DNA of 61,820 nucleotides, the filler included, from Sphacelaria rigidula (taxonomy: Eukaryota), in NCBI GenBank assembly GCA_964200075.2. It is 10 parts of 10 records of this genome, joined end to end, with 100 filler letters (N's around TTAATTAATTAA, not from the genome) between each part and the next. Parts side by side here need not be neighbours in the genome. Positions count along the whole stretch, not along the records: positions 37,153 to 43,244 come from CAXNAA020022284.1; positions 43,345 to 49,436 come from CAXNAA020022285.1; positions 49,537 to 55,628 come from CAXNAA020022286.1; 7 more parts are not named here. One strand, 5' to 3'. Of this stretch, positions 39,536 through 52,237 are shown one piece after another (within the stretch, counting starts at the first letter, position 1; each line of letters opens with the position of its first letter). The notes under the pieces are model-generated. The model ran no database searches. It was not told where the DNA came from and worked only from the letters and a program-made list of their open reading frames with translations. The position numbers were made by a program, and so were the translations under genes.

Positions 39536-39610
39536 TACACCCTGGATTCCAACCCTTCCCCTTCCGCCTGACCTTCACGATCTACATATACTACTTGAGC
39601 CACCAGGGCG
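39536..39610 (-). pseudogene. Degenerate tRNA-like sequence or SINE head
   Basis: Minus strand GCCCTGGTGGCTCAAGTAGTA (box A-like) and GGGTTGGAATCCAGGGT (box B-like); no proper cloverleaf. Confidence 0.35.
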
Positions 39611-40981
39611 CCGTAGCAATATGGCGTGAGGAATCGAACATACATCGATCATAGAACTGCCCCTGTTCCTAAATATTGCTTCCGAGCTTCCACAAACATA
39701 CGCAATAAATACAACACAAATACATCAAAGCAAATATCCAAGATCACTGAACCAATCTCTTCGTGCCACATATCTCAAAAAACAAAATGATCAGATACCA
39801 AACGACCGAACATCAAACGCGCCGCAATCAGAAGTCTCGTCATGAAACAAAATTATGTATATATAGGAAAACCGCCATCCGAAACGTCAAAGCCGCCCCA
39901 CCACGTCTTCTTTCATGTCTCGACTCTACTTTATTTTACATGCGGCTAGTTTAGTCACGACTTGTTCATGGCTGGTATCATGGATTTTAACCAAACCTTG
40001 GGCTAAAGTACACATTATACTCAGCAACCAAAGCTCTGTATTCATCCATCAAAACGTTGTTACGTGACAAACCTGCCTGTTATTTCTCGGTGTACCGTCG
40101 ACCTAGGGCCCTCTCCTCCCTCTTCATCGGAAAGAGTCCTATGTCTCAAGGGATACACCGCTTCTTTACCCGGTACAGTAGGCATCTTCCAAATGCGGTC
40201 GAGAAGTGGATCGGCACTCTCAAAGCCCGCGCCTCGCTCGTTTTGTCATTATTCACGTTCCCAAAGCTTCGAAGATAGAAACACGTCAAATAAATCATAA
40301 ATTACTGCCAGAATTCGGACTGCCTACTCTCCTCCGCCTAGACCGGAGCACGAGCTGATCCATTTTTCCCGCACTGATTATTCCGAAAGTCATATCGTGG
40401 AGTCAGGGACTTGTACCTCGGTCAGGGATGGGATATAGACGGCCGAACGCAGGTACTGTTGAAGTGAGCAATGGTTGGTTACACATGGTGGAGTATCAAC
40501 ATCAACGAGGCATGATAATTCTGTGATGGGCACCATGGCGCGCCATTGAAAAATGGCGTGTTATAAAGAAGGCAGCGCGTCACTCGGATGTATTTTCGGG
40601 AACGAGGCGTGTGTGGAATTTCTCTCTTTTGTTTTCCCTTGTTTGCAACCGGGCTTCACCTATCCTGTTTTCCCATGGTATTTGACTTTCGTTTCCAGGG
40701 TCTTCAGTTTTGAGATAGCATCATGTAATGAACGGTGTACGGTTTTCAACAAGTTCTTTTGTCTACCTACTCTCGGCGTGTGACCAGTCCGAGCAGATTT
40801 GATATCAAGGCACACCACCAGGAGGCATCCTTGTTCTGCAATCACGAGCTATAACTTACGACCACCAGGACGGGGCATCACAGCAAACATATCTACTTCG
40901 ATACGTATTGATTCATAACCGTGGACAATAACATCGACAGCAGACAACCCAACAATGTATTACTCGTGTGAGTGAGTGTGA

Positions 40982-41075
40982 GGGGGTGTACCCATGATCT
41001 TGCATGCCTTTGTCATATGACCATTGACCTCGAATCCCTACGAAGCTGGGGTGGAGCACGCCGGGTTTTCGCCGG
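40982..41075 (-). mobile_element. Family D2 retroposon 3' end
   Basis: GGGGGTGTACCCATGATCTTGCATGCC...GGAGCACGCCGGGTTTTCGCCGG. Confidence 0.7.
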
Positions 41076-41119
41076 AATGGGAATGCAATCAATTACTTAG
41101 CGCGAAGTGCCGTGGTGTG

Positions 41120-41515
41120 ATCGATCATCCCCCTTGCGCGGAGTTGAGATTCTTCCACCCCGCACAATACTGCAATCAGGTAGCATATAGGGCATCACAC
41201 TAATAACGGATTAATGTTTTTGAAATGAACAATATATTCAACGATCAATTTCTTACAACAATATGTTAGTTGGGAGCGGTTGATGCTCGGGTTGGCATAA
41301 AATATATGGAAAAATGAAAAACAATTTTATCTAGCTCGACCATCATCGTGGTTACCACCACAAAAAAAAGAAAATCAAGAATGCGAAAAAAATCGGTAAC
41401 CTGGTTGCCTAGCTTACGCAGTGAGTGGCGTGTTGTACAGCGTCATCGCCAACAGACGCCAACCCCATGGGGGTCCGCCCCTAAAAAGCCGGGACGGAGC
41501 ACGCCGGGTTTTGGT
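41120..41515 (-). repeat. Interspersed repeat (family E), homologous to 51463-51650 and 30961-31025, with an AT-rich insertion at ~41170-41330
   Basis: Shared GGACCCCC..TGGGGTTGGCGTC...CTCACTGCGTAAGCTAGGCAACCAGGTTACC...GGTCGAGCTAGAT...CTCAACTCCGC.CAAGGGGGATGATCG. Confidence 0.75.
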
Positions 41516-42983
41516 CGCAATGGGCAGGGAGGAGAGGTGGGGTGATGTACTCAGTACCCAACAACCAATAGCTTCTAGAAATAAAAAGTTTCTACCCAAG
41601 GCTGACTGATTCTGTCAGTTGATTGTGAGACATCGAGAAGCCACAAACACAGTCGGGGCAACAGAAGAGACATTTGTTTTCGTGTTTCACGCCTCTTCAT
41701 GCCCGAAAAATCAAGAATCTGACCTTCTTTTTCCTCGGACGTGTACTCCTCGAGCGGCGGAGTAGGGAGGGGGGGGGGACTGACACTGGATTTGAGAAGC
41801 TCTTGAAATTTCCCTGAGGGCTTCTCGTTTTTCTCGCAGAAAAAAAAAGTATTGAGAATAACCCAACCTGTTGGTTTCAAAATACATTGCGGCAAACGCT
41901 ACCTCTCATCAACGCCCCGATGAGATGTTTTTTCGCCCAAACAAATTACACAAGATACCGTGCATTTTGTTCAAGCCTCCCGGAAACCACCTTACCACCC
42001 CCCACGTAACAAATGAGTGCCCCCGTCGTCCCCACCCACATACACAACGGGAACACACATTAGTGCCGCTGTGAGTGACCAAACACACGTTCTGCTTGGC
42101 CCATACGATGCCACGACCAAGGAACACGACACGCGACGGGGCGGGGTTTTCCGACGCTGGGGATATTTACCATGTGGGGGTAATTTCGACCTAAAGTGTT
42201 TCAACTCCTTCCCTCTCCTCCCAATATCCTTGTCTAGACGCATGGACTTGTTGATTGTGGTCTGCATGAGATGTTAGCGAAGGCTACCGACGTGGCTCGA
42301 CGCCGCCGTCACCACTGTTGCTTTACATTCCAATTCGTTTTTCTTCGACATTTACGACGAAAAAGCGCATAATGAAAACTGTCTGACACCGCGCGAAGCA
42401 CGACCGTAGTACGCAAAAGCAAGACGGCACCGAGCCTCGATGACCAACACAGCGGCTACATCTTTTGACGTTCAGAGAGGGACATTTTCGAAAGTGACGA
42501 AAGCACCAACACTACTCTACTAGCTTTCATCACCAAGCTGTTGCTGACCAAGCTGTATCACACACAGCAGGCGCCATCAATACCGCCAAGCACCGGTGGA
42601 CGCACGCAATGGCCTTGCGTCTTAGTATTCAACATCTACTGTAGCTCAACGCTGTGTTGACAACAAACGTGCACATTACCAGTGTGCATGCGCCATCCTC
42701 GTATACCTCAAGCTGCATGCGAAAATCAGGGAACTGTCTCCGACATACTCCTAGCCATGACAAACAGAAACCCGGGCGGGGAACAGGGCACTCACGACTG
42801 CAGTTCAAAACAATCAGGTTATCGCCCACAAGCCCCTGAGAGGTCTGTCATGCTTTGTCGTAAAACGGATACCAACACCAATATAGGACAAGTGAAGAAA
42901 CCCCACCTATCTTACTCGTCTGCTCTACAACTCATGAAGACTGTACCTCGCTCCGGTGAGGCATGTGTGGAGTGAACACTCAC

Positions 42984-43055
42984 CCGTCAGCTGGTTCTCG
43001 TTCAAGGCTAGCTCCTCCAGGGTCACAAGCTGGCTCAACTGGGCGGGTATTTCGC
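42984..43055 (-). CDS. 72-bp phase 1-1 exon encoding one LRR (GEIPAQLSQLVTLEELALNENQLTG)
   Basis: AAGCAG| acceptor and |GTGAGT donor; exactly 72 nt. Confidence 0.92.
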
Positions 43056-43681
43056 CTGCTTGTCGCACAGGGGAAAATACCGATGGAATTGGCCAACATT
43101 TCTGCACACAAACAAATCAACCATCAAGTACAAAATGCGTGCCGGGTGCATGCCATGACTGGATGGCACTAGGGTCGAAGCTCTCAAGAGCAGGGCGGCG
43201 CGTGTACTGCGCCAAGTTGATGGGGGGTTTTAGTGGGAGCATCCNNNNNNNNNNNNNNNNNNNNNNNNNNNNNNNNNNNNNNNNNNNNTTAATTAATTAA
43301 NNNNNNNNNNNNNNNNNNNNNNNNNNNNNNNNNNNNNNNNNNNNGACAGTACATTGAACTCAAGTATCTACAGAAAAAGCAGTACTTGAACCTTTGGTCA
43401 ATATTGGGTGGCTCCTAGATGAACCGAGACGTATTGACCCGCTCATCTGCTACAGAGTAAAAACTCGCACACAGAAGATATACAGCTAGATTGTTGGCTG
43501 TATAGATTTCCAACACATCCCCTTGAGTTGCACGTGGGTAGCAAATCCAATTTCAATCATATCGTGAGCTAGACAAATGAACAAAGAGTACCTTTAAAAA
43601 CAGCCGCAAGGTAAGCTGTACTGATGGGTAAAACTCAGCTCAAATTGAACCAAATAATCAACCAAGATACGCTGAGCTGAT

Positions 43682-43908
43682 GAGTCATCCTACGATAGGG
43701 GGGGGGTGTTTGGTTGCACGAAAAAAGAGGCTCATGAGTGTGTCAGGCATCCTTCCACATTTGCGTTGCGCTTGTTTTTGGTTGCAAACGGTGTCAGGCA
43801 GTGTGGATGAGCGTTATTGATCCACAACAAGCNNNNNNNNNNATCTGACTCAAAATTTCGAGCAACAAATGGCCCAAAATACCCCCCCTCCCTATCGTAG
43901 GATGACTC
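43682..43908. mobile_element. Family A MITE with both ends (GAG...CTC termini, 4-bp TSD); Sola-like
   Basis: TIRs GAGTCATCCTACGATAGGG and CCCTATCGTAGGATGACTC; TSD TGAT at 43678-43681 and 43909-43912; an internal 10-N gap leaves the true length unknown. Confidence 0.88.
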
Positions 43909-44399
43909 TGATATGTAAAAACCAGCCTGTTTATTATACGTACAGGTGTTCACGTTCACTTGAAGAAATATCGTCTCTGGTGGAATTTCATCCCTAGACA
44001 TATGTACTCGGGTTATGTGCATGACATCAAATTTCGGTGCCTGTTGCCTTAAAGGTTTTCCCAAAAAATGCAGCACTTCACTCAGTATGCAAACATCAAG
44101 TACACGTACTCTGATACTCAACAAACTTAGATCAAGACAGAGTTCTCAAATATTAACACTGCACACTCGCGACTTAAAATCCCCTAGACACTCTTAAATC
44201 TCTTCCGTACTTGGACGATTCCGGCGGGTACAGTGTAGAATAGGAGACAACTTTTGATAGCCTCATTGCCAGAGAAAGATGTACCCTCCTTAGGATTAAA
44301 ACATTGAAATCATCCGGTTGTTCATGCATCCATGCCCTTACCAAAAAATTCAGAATTCTCGGATCTAAATAGAACATGATATCCGTGATTGAATACAGT

Positions 44400-44921
44400 T
44401 GTTTCAATGAAGTCAAAAAATAAAAAATCGTAGCGTACACGCTCTTGTCGCAAAAGCCGTAGGCGCGCAGGTCGTTTGCCATCCTCCTCCTTGCGTCCCA
44501 GGTCCGTCCAGGCACTCCCACCTGCTGTACGTCCTGCTTCCTGCACCCCCAGTCGATGCTGGTTCCTGTAATGGTCTGTCTGGTCCCTGGGGCGACCATG
44601 TCGTGAAGGCGAGCTCTCGCGCGTGGTGTGATTCCGAGGTACCTTATCGCTTGTTGGCGAGAGTGACGGCTGTTTCTGCTATTGGTACCATCGTGAATCA
44701 CGTGCCGGCGAGTATTGCGAGGAGCTCTTCCGCGGTTGTTGTTGGTGTTGTTGATGTTGTTGGAGACGTTGCGTAACCTACTCGTTGTTGAAGAAAGGAA
44801 GTAGTGATGTATTCTGGTAGATGAAGATAGGAGAGGTGTTTTGAGAGTTGTGACCGGGTGTGCGTTGGTGGTGGTCCCAGCCCTGCTTTGTTGAAATGTT
44901 TGACGTACGAAAGTTGATACA
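44400..44921 (-). repeat. 3' LTR of the Copia element (~522 bp)
   Basis: Minus strand PPT AAAGGGGG is followed immediately by TGTATCAA; the other end TTGAAACA forms an imperfect terminal inverted repeat. No second LTR is present to confirm. Confidence 0.65.
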
Positions 44922-47900
44922 CCCCCTTTGAAAATGACGCACTAGTAATGACGCACGCCGGTTAGTTCGTCATCCTTGTTAATGACGAACGTCTGTTACC
45001 TCCGTCGGTAGAGTCACTTTCCGAAATCGGCGACTGCATTAAGGAGTCGCCGGTGAGTTGCCTTTTTACAATATTTTGTGAGAATGTCGACCAACTGACG
45101 ACTAGTCCTGACATGGTTGACGATTAGTTGGTCGTTGTTGATGAGATCCTTGAGGCTGTAGAACCTGATCGCCAGATGTTTGCTCTTATTACTGTAGATA
45201 GCGTTCGAAGAGAGGTGGAGGGCGCCTTGTGAATCGGAAAAAATCATTGGAGGCCGCAGAGACCACCCAAGCTCTCGAAGAAGATTGAAAAGGTATGTAC
45301 CGAATTTTCCTCCTCTTGCCAGTGCTATAAGTTCAGCTTCGGTTGTAGAAGAGGCTGTTATCCGTTGTAGACTCGAAGAAAAATGTATGAGTCCGTTCGC
45401 CAGAAAAAACATAGTCCCAGATGTTGATATCATTTTCCCTCCAAGACCTTCATTCCCATATGACGAATCTGCGAAACCTTTCAGTTCCAATTTGTTTCTT
45501 GAACTGCGGTGTACCTTTCAGATAGCGAAAAATAGGTTTGACAGCTGTCATGTGCTCCGTGGTAGGTTTGCTCATGTAGCGGGCGACCTGAGTAACGCTG
45601 AAGGCTATATCAAATCTCGTGCACTGGGATAGAAAGATCAAGCTTCCCACCATAGCTTGGTACTGCTTCATCCCTTGAAGATCCAGTAGATGTTCCTCCG
45701 AAGCTGGAAGTGTACTATTGATGATCCCTGGTGTATGCACTGAATTACAAGACTCCATCTTGAATTTTTGTAGTAAGGAGAGGACGTACTTGTGCTGAGA
45801 TTATTTGAGTGTCCCCTGTTCTGTATCCCTCATTATTTCCATGCCGAGGATAAGGGACACTGGTCCAAGCTATGAAACGGAGCATTCCTTCTTAAGTTTA
45901 TCTTGAACGTCTTGAAGAAGCTTGATCGAAGGTCCGGTCAGAAGGATATCATCCACAAACAGCGTAAGCATGACGTATTTATCAGCGTGTTCTCTCGTAT
46001 AGACGCAGGGGTCGCTCGCAGTAGAAAAAGCCGATTTATCTCAGCTCGGAGTCTACTGTTGCGTTCCATACATTGGGACTCTGGCGCAGACCGTAAAGGG
46101 CTCGACGCAAGAGCATCAAATGTGGTTGCCCGGTAGTAGGGTCCGTTGTCTCAAATCCCGGTGGCTGCTTACAAAATACTGTCTCCTGTAGCTTTCCATT
46201 CAAAAAGGCTGTTTGAACGTCGAGGGCAATTATTGGCCAGTTTTTCGCAGTTGCAATCGCAAGGAGGATTCGCTGACTTTCCAGTCGGCAGACTGGTGCG
46301 ACAAAGCTCCCGCAGTCGAAGCCGTGTCGTTGTGCCCAACCCTGTACAACTAGTCGGGCCTTGAATCGTCCGTCGGCTTTGACCTTGTAAACCCATCTCA
46401 TGCCAATTATGTTGTTGCTCGGCGGAACTTTCCCAGCTGGAATAGTGTCGGCCACGCGATGGTCTTGAATGCTGCGGAGTTCGTCTAACATGGCTGCTCT
46501 CCATTTCGTTGCGAAAGGTGAAGAAGATGCTTGTTTGTAGTTGTTGGGAACTGGAATCAATGCAGGTGGCACTACGCTTTCTATGCCAACCGTCCCGATA
46601 TACTGTAAAACAGTTTCCAGAGCCATGTATTGCTGTGATGAATGTTCAGCCGTCAGAGCTAATTTACGTAGTTCATTGGACTGCTGTTTAGTCGTTGAAG
46701 ATGTTGCAGTAGGCTGTTCCACACTGCCAGCAGATCGGAGTCGCATTGGATGCGTTGCAGTAGTAGAACTGTCTCCGACAGTTTCCGGCTGCTTGATACC
46801 TTCAAAAATCTTGTTGTTGAAGTCGAAATGATTGTGATTAGTGTGTTCCTCGTATTGTTGATTGTCGATATTTCCCTCCCAAGTATTCGGAGTTGGTTCT
46901 TGCCACAAATTGGTTGGAGGTCCGGATGTTTGCTCAATGAATGTGACGTTTCTCGAACTACTTATCCTGCCGGAGTGCCGGTCGTAGATGCGGTATAAAG
47001 GGCTGTCGCTGTCGTACCGTATTATAACTCCCTCCCATGCCTTGTCCTTCAGTTTGTTGAGGTGTCCTTCCTTGTGTACGAACGCATGACAACCTATGGT
47101 GCGTAGAAACGATAATTTCGCCTGTTTCCCGAACATCCTGTAATACAGTGTTTCGCTGTTGATGCTCCGATAAAAATACTGCAGTTGCTACGATCTCACC
47201 CCACAGGTATTTGGGTAGGCTCACCTCGTTCAAGAGGCAACGGGTTATGTTCAGAATAGTTCTTCCGTCGCGTTCTGACATACCATTTTGCTGGGGAGTA
47301 TGTGGACAGGTAAACTCTTGGAGAATTCCTGTAGTTTTGCAGTATCGTCGAAAGTAGTCTGCGATATATTCTCCCCCCCGATCCGACCGCAGGCGGTGTA
47401 CTCGTAGTTCTAAGGGAATTGCCATGTCTTGAACATACTTGCACAGGGTAGCAACTGCCTCACCTTTTGCCTTGATAAAGTATACAACTTTCAGTCGACT
47501 GTAGTGGTCGGTGAATTTAGCCATATACCTATATCCTCCTAATGCAGTCGGTGTGATGGGTCCTGACGGATCCGTTGTCACAAGTTGTAGACGCTCAGTC
47601 ACTGATGAAAAGTCCGCGGTCTTCGGATGGTTTTGCTGGGTGCTTTTGTCCAGCATGCAGGTGTCACACGAAGAAAGTGAACCTGTAAACTTGACACCCG
47701 TCTCGGGTGTATTCATGATACGACGCATAACTGGTTCAGTCGGATGGCCCAGGCGTTTATGCCATATTTCTGCACTTACAGTGGTTGAAAGAGCCGTGGG
47801 GTCGTCCTCGGTGGCCATAGCTGTAAATGCTGTCCCTTGGCCCATGCAGTCTCCAAAAACCACCTCAGCTGTAAACGTGGACCCGGAGTTGGTGCGGAAG

Positions 47901-49436
47901 GTCTTCTGATCCCGAATAATTTTCATATTAAGGACGTGTAGCGTACCGGTATTGTCGGTCCGGATAGGAATTTTTAAGCTTCCAAGATCCACGTGAGAAT
48001 TTACCGAAAATATAGTTGATACTCCTTTTAGTGATGCCTCGACAGGTGACAAAAGATGTTTACCGAGGCCTGGAACAATAATGGCCGGAAGGCGGACGGA
48101 GTGTTGATTACCCTCTTGATCACAGACGATGGAGTGTAGTACTCCCTTTCCTGTCCCACTGAGGAGATGACGACCAGCTGTCAGGATTCTCATGGGGGGT
48201 CGAGTTTCACATAATCAAAAATTTCCTCTTCAACATTAGGGAGTAGCTGATTGTCGATGTAGTGATGACTGGCCCCGGAGTCGCATACCATCTTGAATGA
48301 TATCGAAGTCGATAGCCGAGTCATGTCCTTGTCTGCAAGATCGGCAAAAAAGGTATAGCCTACGCCACTCGGTGGCGCGCATGTTTCAATCAATGTTGAA
48401 GATGAAGGTCCGCTGGTGTCTTGAGCTTGATCATTGGAAGGAACAGCAGTTGAAGAAGTGGTTGACGCAGGGTCCATGGTGGCGGTATTCGCTTGATTCG
48501 GATGGTTGTTGGTGTTGTTCGTGCTAAAGCCGGAGTTGTTGTTACTGTTGCGCGTGTTGTTACGGTGGCGATGGTTGTTCTTGTTCTGGTAGTTGTTGTT
48601 CCTGCTGGTACTCGTCGGCGCAGCACCGTTCGTGATTTGACTCTTACATTCTGTGTTGTCATGTTTATCTGTACGATGCAGGCTGCACCATTTTACAGTC
48701 CTGCTCCTGCTGTGAGGTTGTCGTTTCCAGCGACAGTCTCGGCTATGGTTTCCAGGCCGACCGCAGGAAAAACATTTCCCAGCAAATTTTGTAGGTGTTG
48801 CAGATGAATCGATAGTTGAGGTTGCCATCATGGCGGAATCACGGCCGCGTGTTCCCTTTGACAAAATTCCGCGTGCGACGCGATTTGAATACATATTTCT
48901 CATTGTTACTTCGATGTCGGAGATACTGAAGTCTGGGTCACGCTCCGCATCATACTTTATTCTGTCGTATTCATCTGTCAAGCCTTCCACCACGATGTCC
49001 GTGAGTATATCATCTGAAATGGGCTCACCCATGTACACCAGCTGATCACGTACTTCATAGATCTTGGTCAAAAACACGTCAGGATCTTGGCCAGGTGACA
49101 TCTTGATGTTTTCTAGCTGACGCATAAGAATACGCCGACGTTGCTTCGAAGAGCTCTCGTCTTTACCGACCAGTGCCTCCCATGCAATTTTGCCATCCGG
49201 TCTTGCGTGGCCCTTCGGCTCGAAGTGAAGAAGAAAACTACCCGCTGGGCCTGTAGTTGTCAAGTATAGTATATTGAACAACTGTTCGTTGCGGCGATCC
49301 CAATCATCAACTTCAGATCTATTCACCATACCTCTCACATGTGCATCCTCCCGAGAGAAGTCCACTCCATACAGCTTCAGAATAAAATCAGTGAGACAAG
49401 TGGTTGATTGGGCGCTTGTTTGGCCAAGAAAAGCAG
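44400..49436 (-). mobile_element. Ty1/Copia LTR retrotransposon, 5'-truncated by the contig end and frameshifted
   Basis: Order gag (CFSCGRPGNHSRDC), protease (CDSGASHH), integrase (WHKRLGHP, RSDRGGEY, PQQNGMSER), RT (KARLVVQG, LDVQTAFLNG, ALYGLRQS), RNase H (FADS, SSTTEAE, SDSQGA, KSKHLAIRF, VDILTK). Confidence 0.96.
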
Positions 49437-49729
49437 NNNNNNNNNNNNNNNNNNNNNNNNNNNNNNNNNNNNNNNNNNNNTTAATTAATTAANNNNNNNN
49501 NNNNNNNNNNNNNNNNNNNNNNNNNNNNNNNNNNNNTTTGCGCGGCGGCGTATTACTGTGCACGTTCTGTAGGCGACCGGGGCAGGGCGGGGGGGGGGAT
49601 ATTCATTTGTATCCGTGGGGGGAAGTAGTTGCTGACATCCTGTTGCAGAAGGATAGCCCGCTACAAATTCCTTCAACACCTCATTCTAGAAAAATACTTC
49701 ACATATGATATGTAGGTTGTTCAACTCAC

Positions 49730-50979
49730 CCGAACATTTTGTAGAACGATAGCGCCACAAAGTCCGCGTCCACGTTCGATAAGTCGAGGGGGGCGGTACC
49801 CACGAACTTGGCCGCGTCCAGCATTACCCACCAACGCCTCCTCTGCTGCTGGCCGAGCTGCCCACAGCCGTCAACGCAACTATCCCGCTGGTCGCTCGCT
49901 CCCCCCAATCGGCGAGACCCGGTCTTTGCCGCCGCTGCAGCCTCGGGAGACGCCTCGTGGAAATCTTTGACTCCATCAGGATCTAACTTCGCAGTTCCCA
50001 CCATGCTGGCAGTAGTGCAGGCTGAAACCTCGTGGGCGCTACGTTCAGCCCTTCCCACACAAGCCGACGGAGGTGCTCGGGGCTGTTTCCTGCTTACGCT
50101 GTTGCCGCAAGGACGACTGTCGCTTGAGGAACCATGTCGACATAAGTGGGATAAGGTGCTGCTGCCGTGATTCCCCCATCTCCTCTTCACAGCCCCTGCG
50201 ACGGACAAATCGGGGCGTGCGCCAGTGGCGTTACACTCTGCGGGGAATGCCAGTAGACAGTCTACTATGCCTTGAACATCATCGGGGTCTTGGACATTTC
50301 CGTCGGCACTGTTGTCGTCGGGACCGCGTGAAAGATCGCTGTCATGCACAACGGTGGCAGCTACGGGATTTCTGCTGTTCCGCACCACTGCGTCTCGTTC
50401 CTCTTCTCTGCTGGTGCTTGTCGCCTGCCGCCCGCTACCCCTCCTCTCTATACCTCTGCGTTCTTGCTGGCAGGCCTTCTCCTCGATATTAGAACGATGA
50501 CCAGCAGAAGCTTTTGATGCGATTCTTGCCGCGTCTCCTCCTCCTCGTCCGCCGTCAGGGTACGTCCTTGTCCCCACGCTACACGGACATGACACGCATG
50601 CATCGCCGCCACCTCCGCCAGGCTGAGAGAGGGAACCGATACAACCGTTTACATCTGCAGCCGACTCTACGACCGTTTCCCCCATACAACAAACACACCT
50701 ATCGCACTCGGTCCCGAAATCTTCGAGGTCGACACACCGCACTCCCGCACCCGCCGCGCGCGCGTACTCTCGCACCCCCAGCACGGAATTATGACTCTCT
50801 CGTGCGTACACGAACGTACTTTGCGGACTCCACGGGAACTGCTCGCCCACCATCTTCAGGGATGCCGTGGTGCCGGAGGTGAAAACGACCGTCCACTCCC
50901 GTGGGTCCGCCGAAAAATGCGCGAGCACTTTTAGGCGCATGGAGTCCATCGCCGCCGCTGAGGCAGACGAAACGGGCCC
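49730..50979 (-). CDS. MOCOS: Internal exon of molybdenum cofactor sulfurase (NifS-like PLP domain; MOCOS/ABA3 family)
   Basis: VLAHFSADPREWTVVFTSGTTASLKMVGEQFPW, ESHNSVLGVREYA, LAFPAECNATG, MLDAAKFV and DFVALSFYKMFG (PLP lysine); CGTCAG| acceptor and GG|GTGAGT donor. Confidence 0.92.
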
Positions 50980-51462
50980 CTGACGGGTGGTCGAAGGGTG
51001 GAGGGAGTGTTTGTGACATCGAGCGAATATCATAGCATAGAGATTAGACGTTGCGTCTGTCTATCGAGAGGACGGGGGCATGTGCTGGACTTCTGAAGCC
51101 CCAACCTGACATTTTTTAGTGTTTAAGTTCAACAACGTATTTTTTTCGCGGCTGCGCCCCAAGAGTCCAACCTTCTCACATTTCACATGGAACGACTGGG
51201 AAAATCGGGAGTGATTTCGCCATCATCTTCGAACGGTGAAACGTTGGATATGACCGATCATGTCCAAATGGTCACGTTAAAGACATCGCAGGTTGCCACC
51301 ACAATAATATGGAAAGGACTTGTCAAGCACCCATTCATTCTCAACAGGCGTGGATTACCCCGCGTTTCGATTAGTGTTTCCGTTCCGAGGTTACGGAGTA
51401 TAACATTGGTAATGGCTAAAGTCCCCCCTTTTCTTCGTGAATAACCCCCCCCCTCCAGTAGC

Positions 51463-51650
51463 GACGGACCCCCGATGGGGTTGGCGTCGGTTGGCAATGA
51501 CTAAAACACGCGACTCACTGCGTAAGCTAGGCAACCAGGTTACCATTTGTTTTGCGCTTGCGCTTTTTTGCGGTAACCATGATGGTGGTCGAGCTAGATC
51601 ATATTGTGCGGGGTAGGAGAACCTCAACTCCGCACAAGGGGGATGATCGT
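51463..51650 (+). repeat. Interspersed repeat family E
   Basis: Reverse-complement homology to 41120-41170 and 41330-41480. Confidence 0.75.
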
Positions 51651-51875
51651 ACGACGTAGTGTTTACATGATGAGACACACATGAGGCAGTGTGTGACCCG
51701 TTGCTGTCTGTGGAAGTGGTGATACCATAAAATGAACCAATTCATTGGAGGCTGTCATCCATATGCAAGATAATCAGTAGGCTTCGGGTCGAACAATCTT
51801 AGCAGGACGCGGCTCACCCTTCATGCGACTCGCCGAACACATGACGGCGCTTCGCGCTTGGCGATTGATTGCGAG

Positions 51876-51981
51876 CCTGGTTCGGTGAAAACCCGGCGTG
51901 CTCCGTCCCGGTTATGTCGGGATGCGAGGTCAGCGGTCTTATGACTATGGCATGCATGATCATGAGTACATCCTGCCCCCC
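51876..51981 (+). mobile_element. Family D2 retroposon 3' end
   Basis: CCTGGTTCGGTGAAAACCCGGCGTGCTCCGTCCCGG...GCATGCATGATCATGAGTACATCCTGCCCCCC. Confidence 0.7.
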
Positions 51982-52237
51982 ACAGGGGATGCTCGGTTAT
52001 TTTTGGTTCCAGATCACTTGTTGTATGTTGTGTACCATCCTCGGCTCAAAACAGTCGGGCGAAGCGGGAAGGGGGGAGTGCTGCGCATGTCACCGAGTGC
52101 GCCATTCACCATATCGCAGTTGCATTGCGCCACCACCACCGACGAGGAAGTGTCTGGTGTGGGACCTAGGTGGTGTCACGGAATATTAACCCTTTTTAGC
52201 GTTCAGTCGCCAAACGCGTTAAATTTGCTTTTTTTTT

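Noticed and set aside
49600..49665. AGYPSATG as the next MOCOS exon (expected G-YPTG)
   Set aside because: The acceptor phase and sequence do not give the conserved FGYPTGLG.
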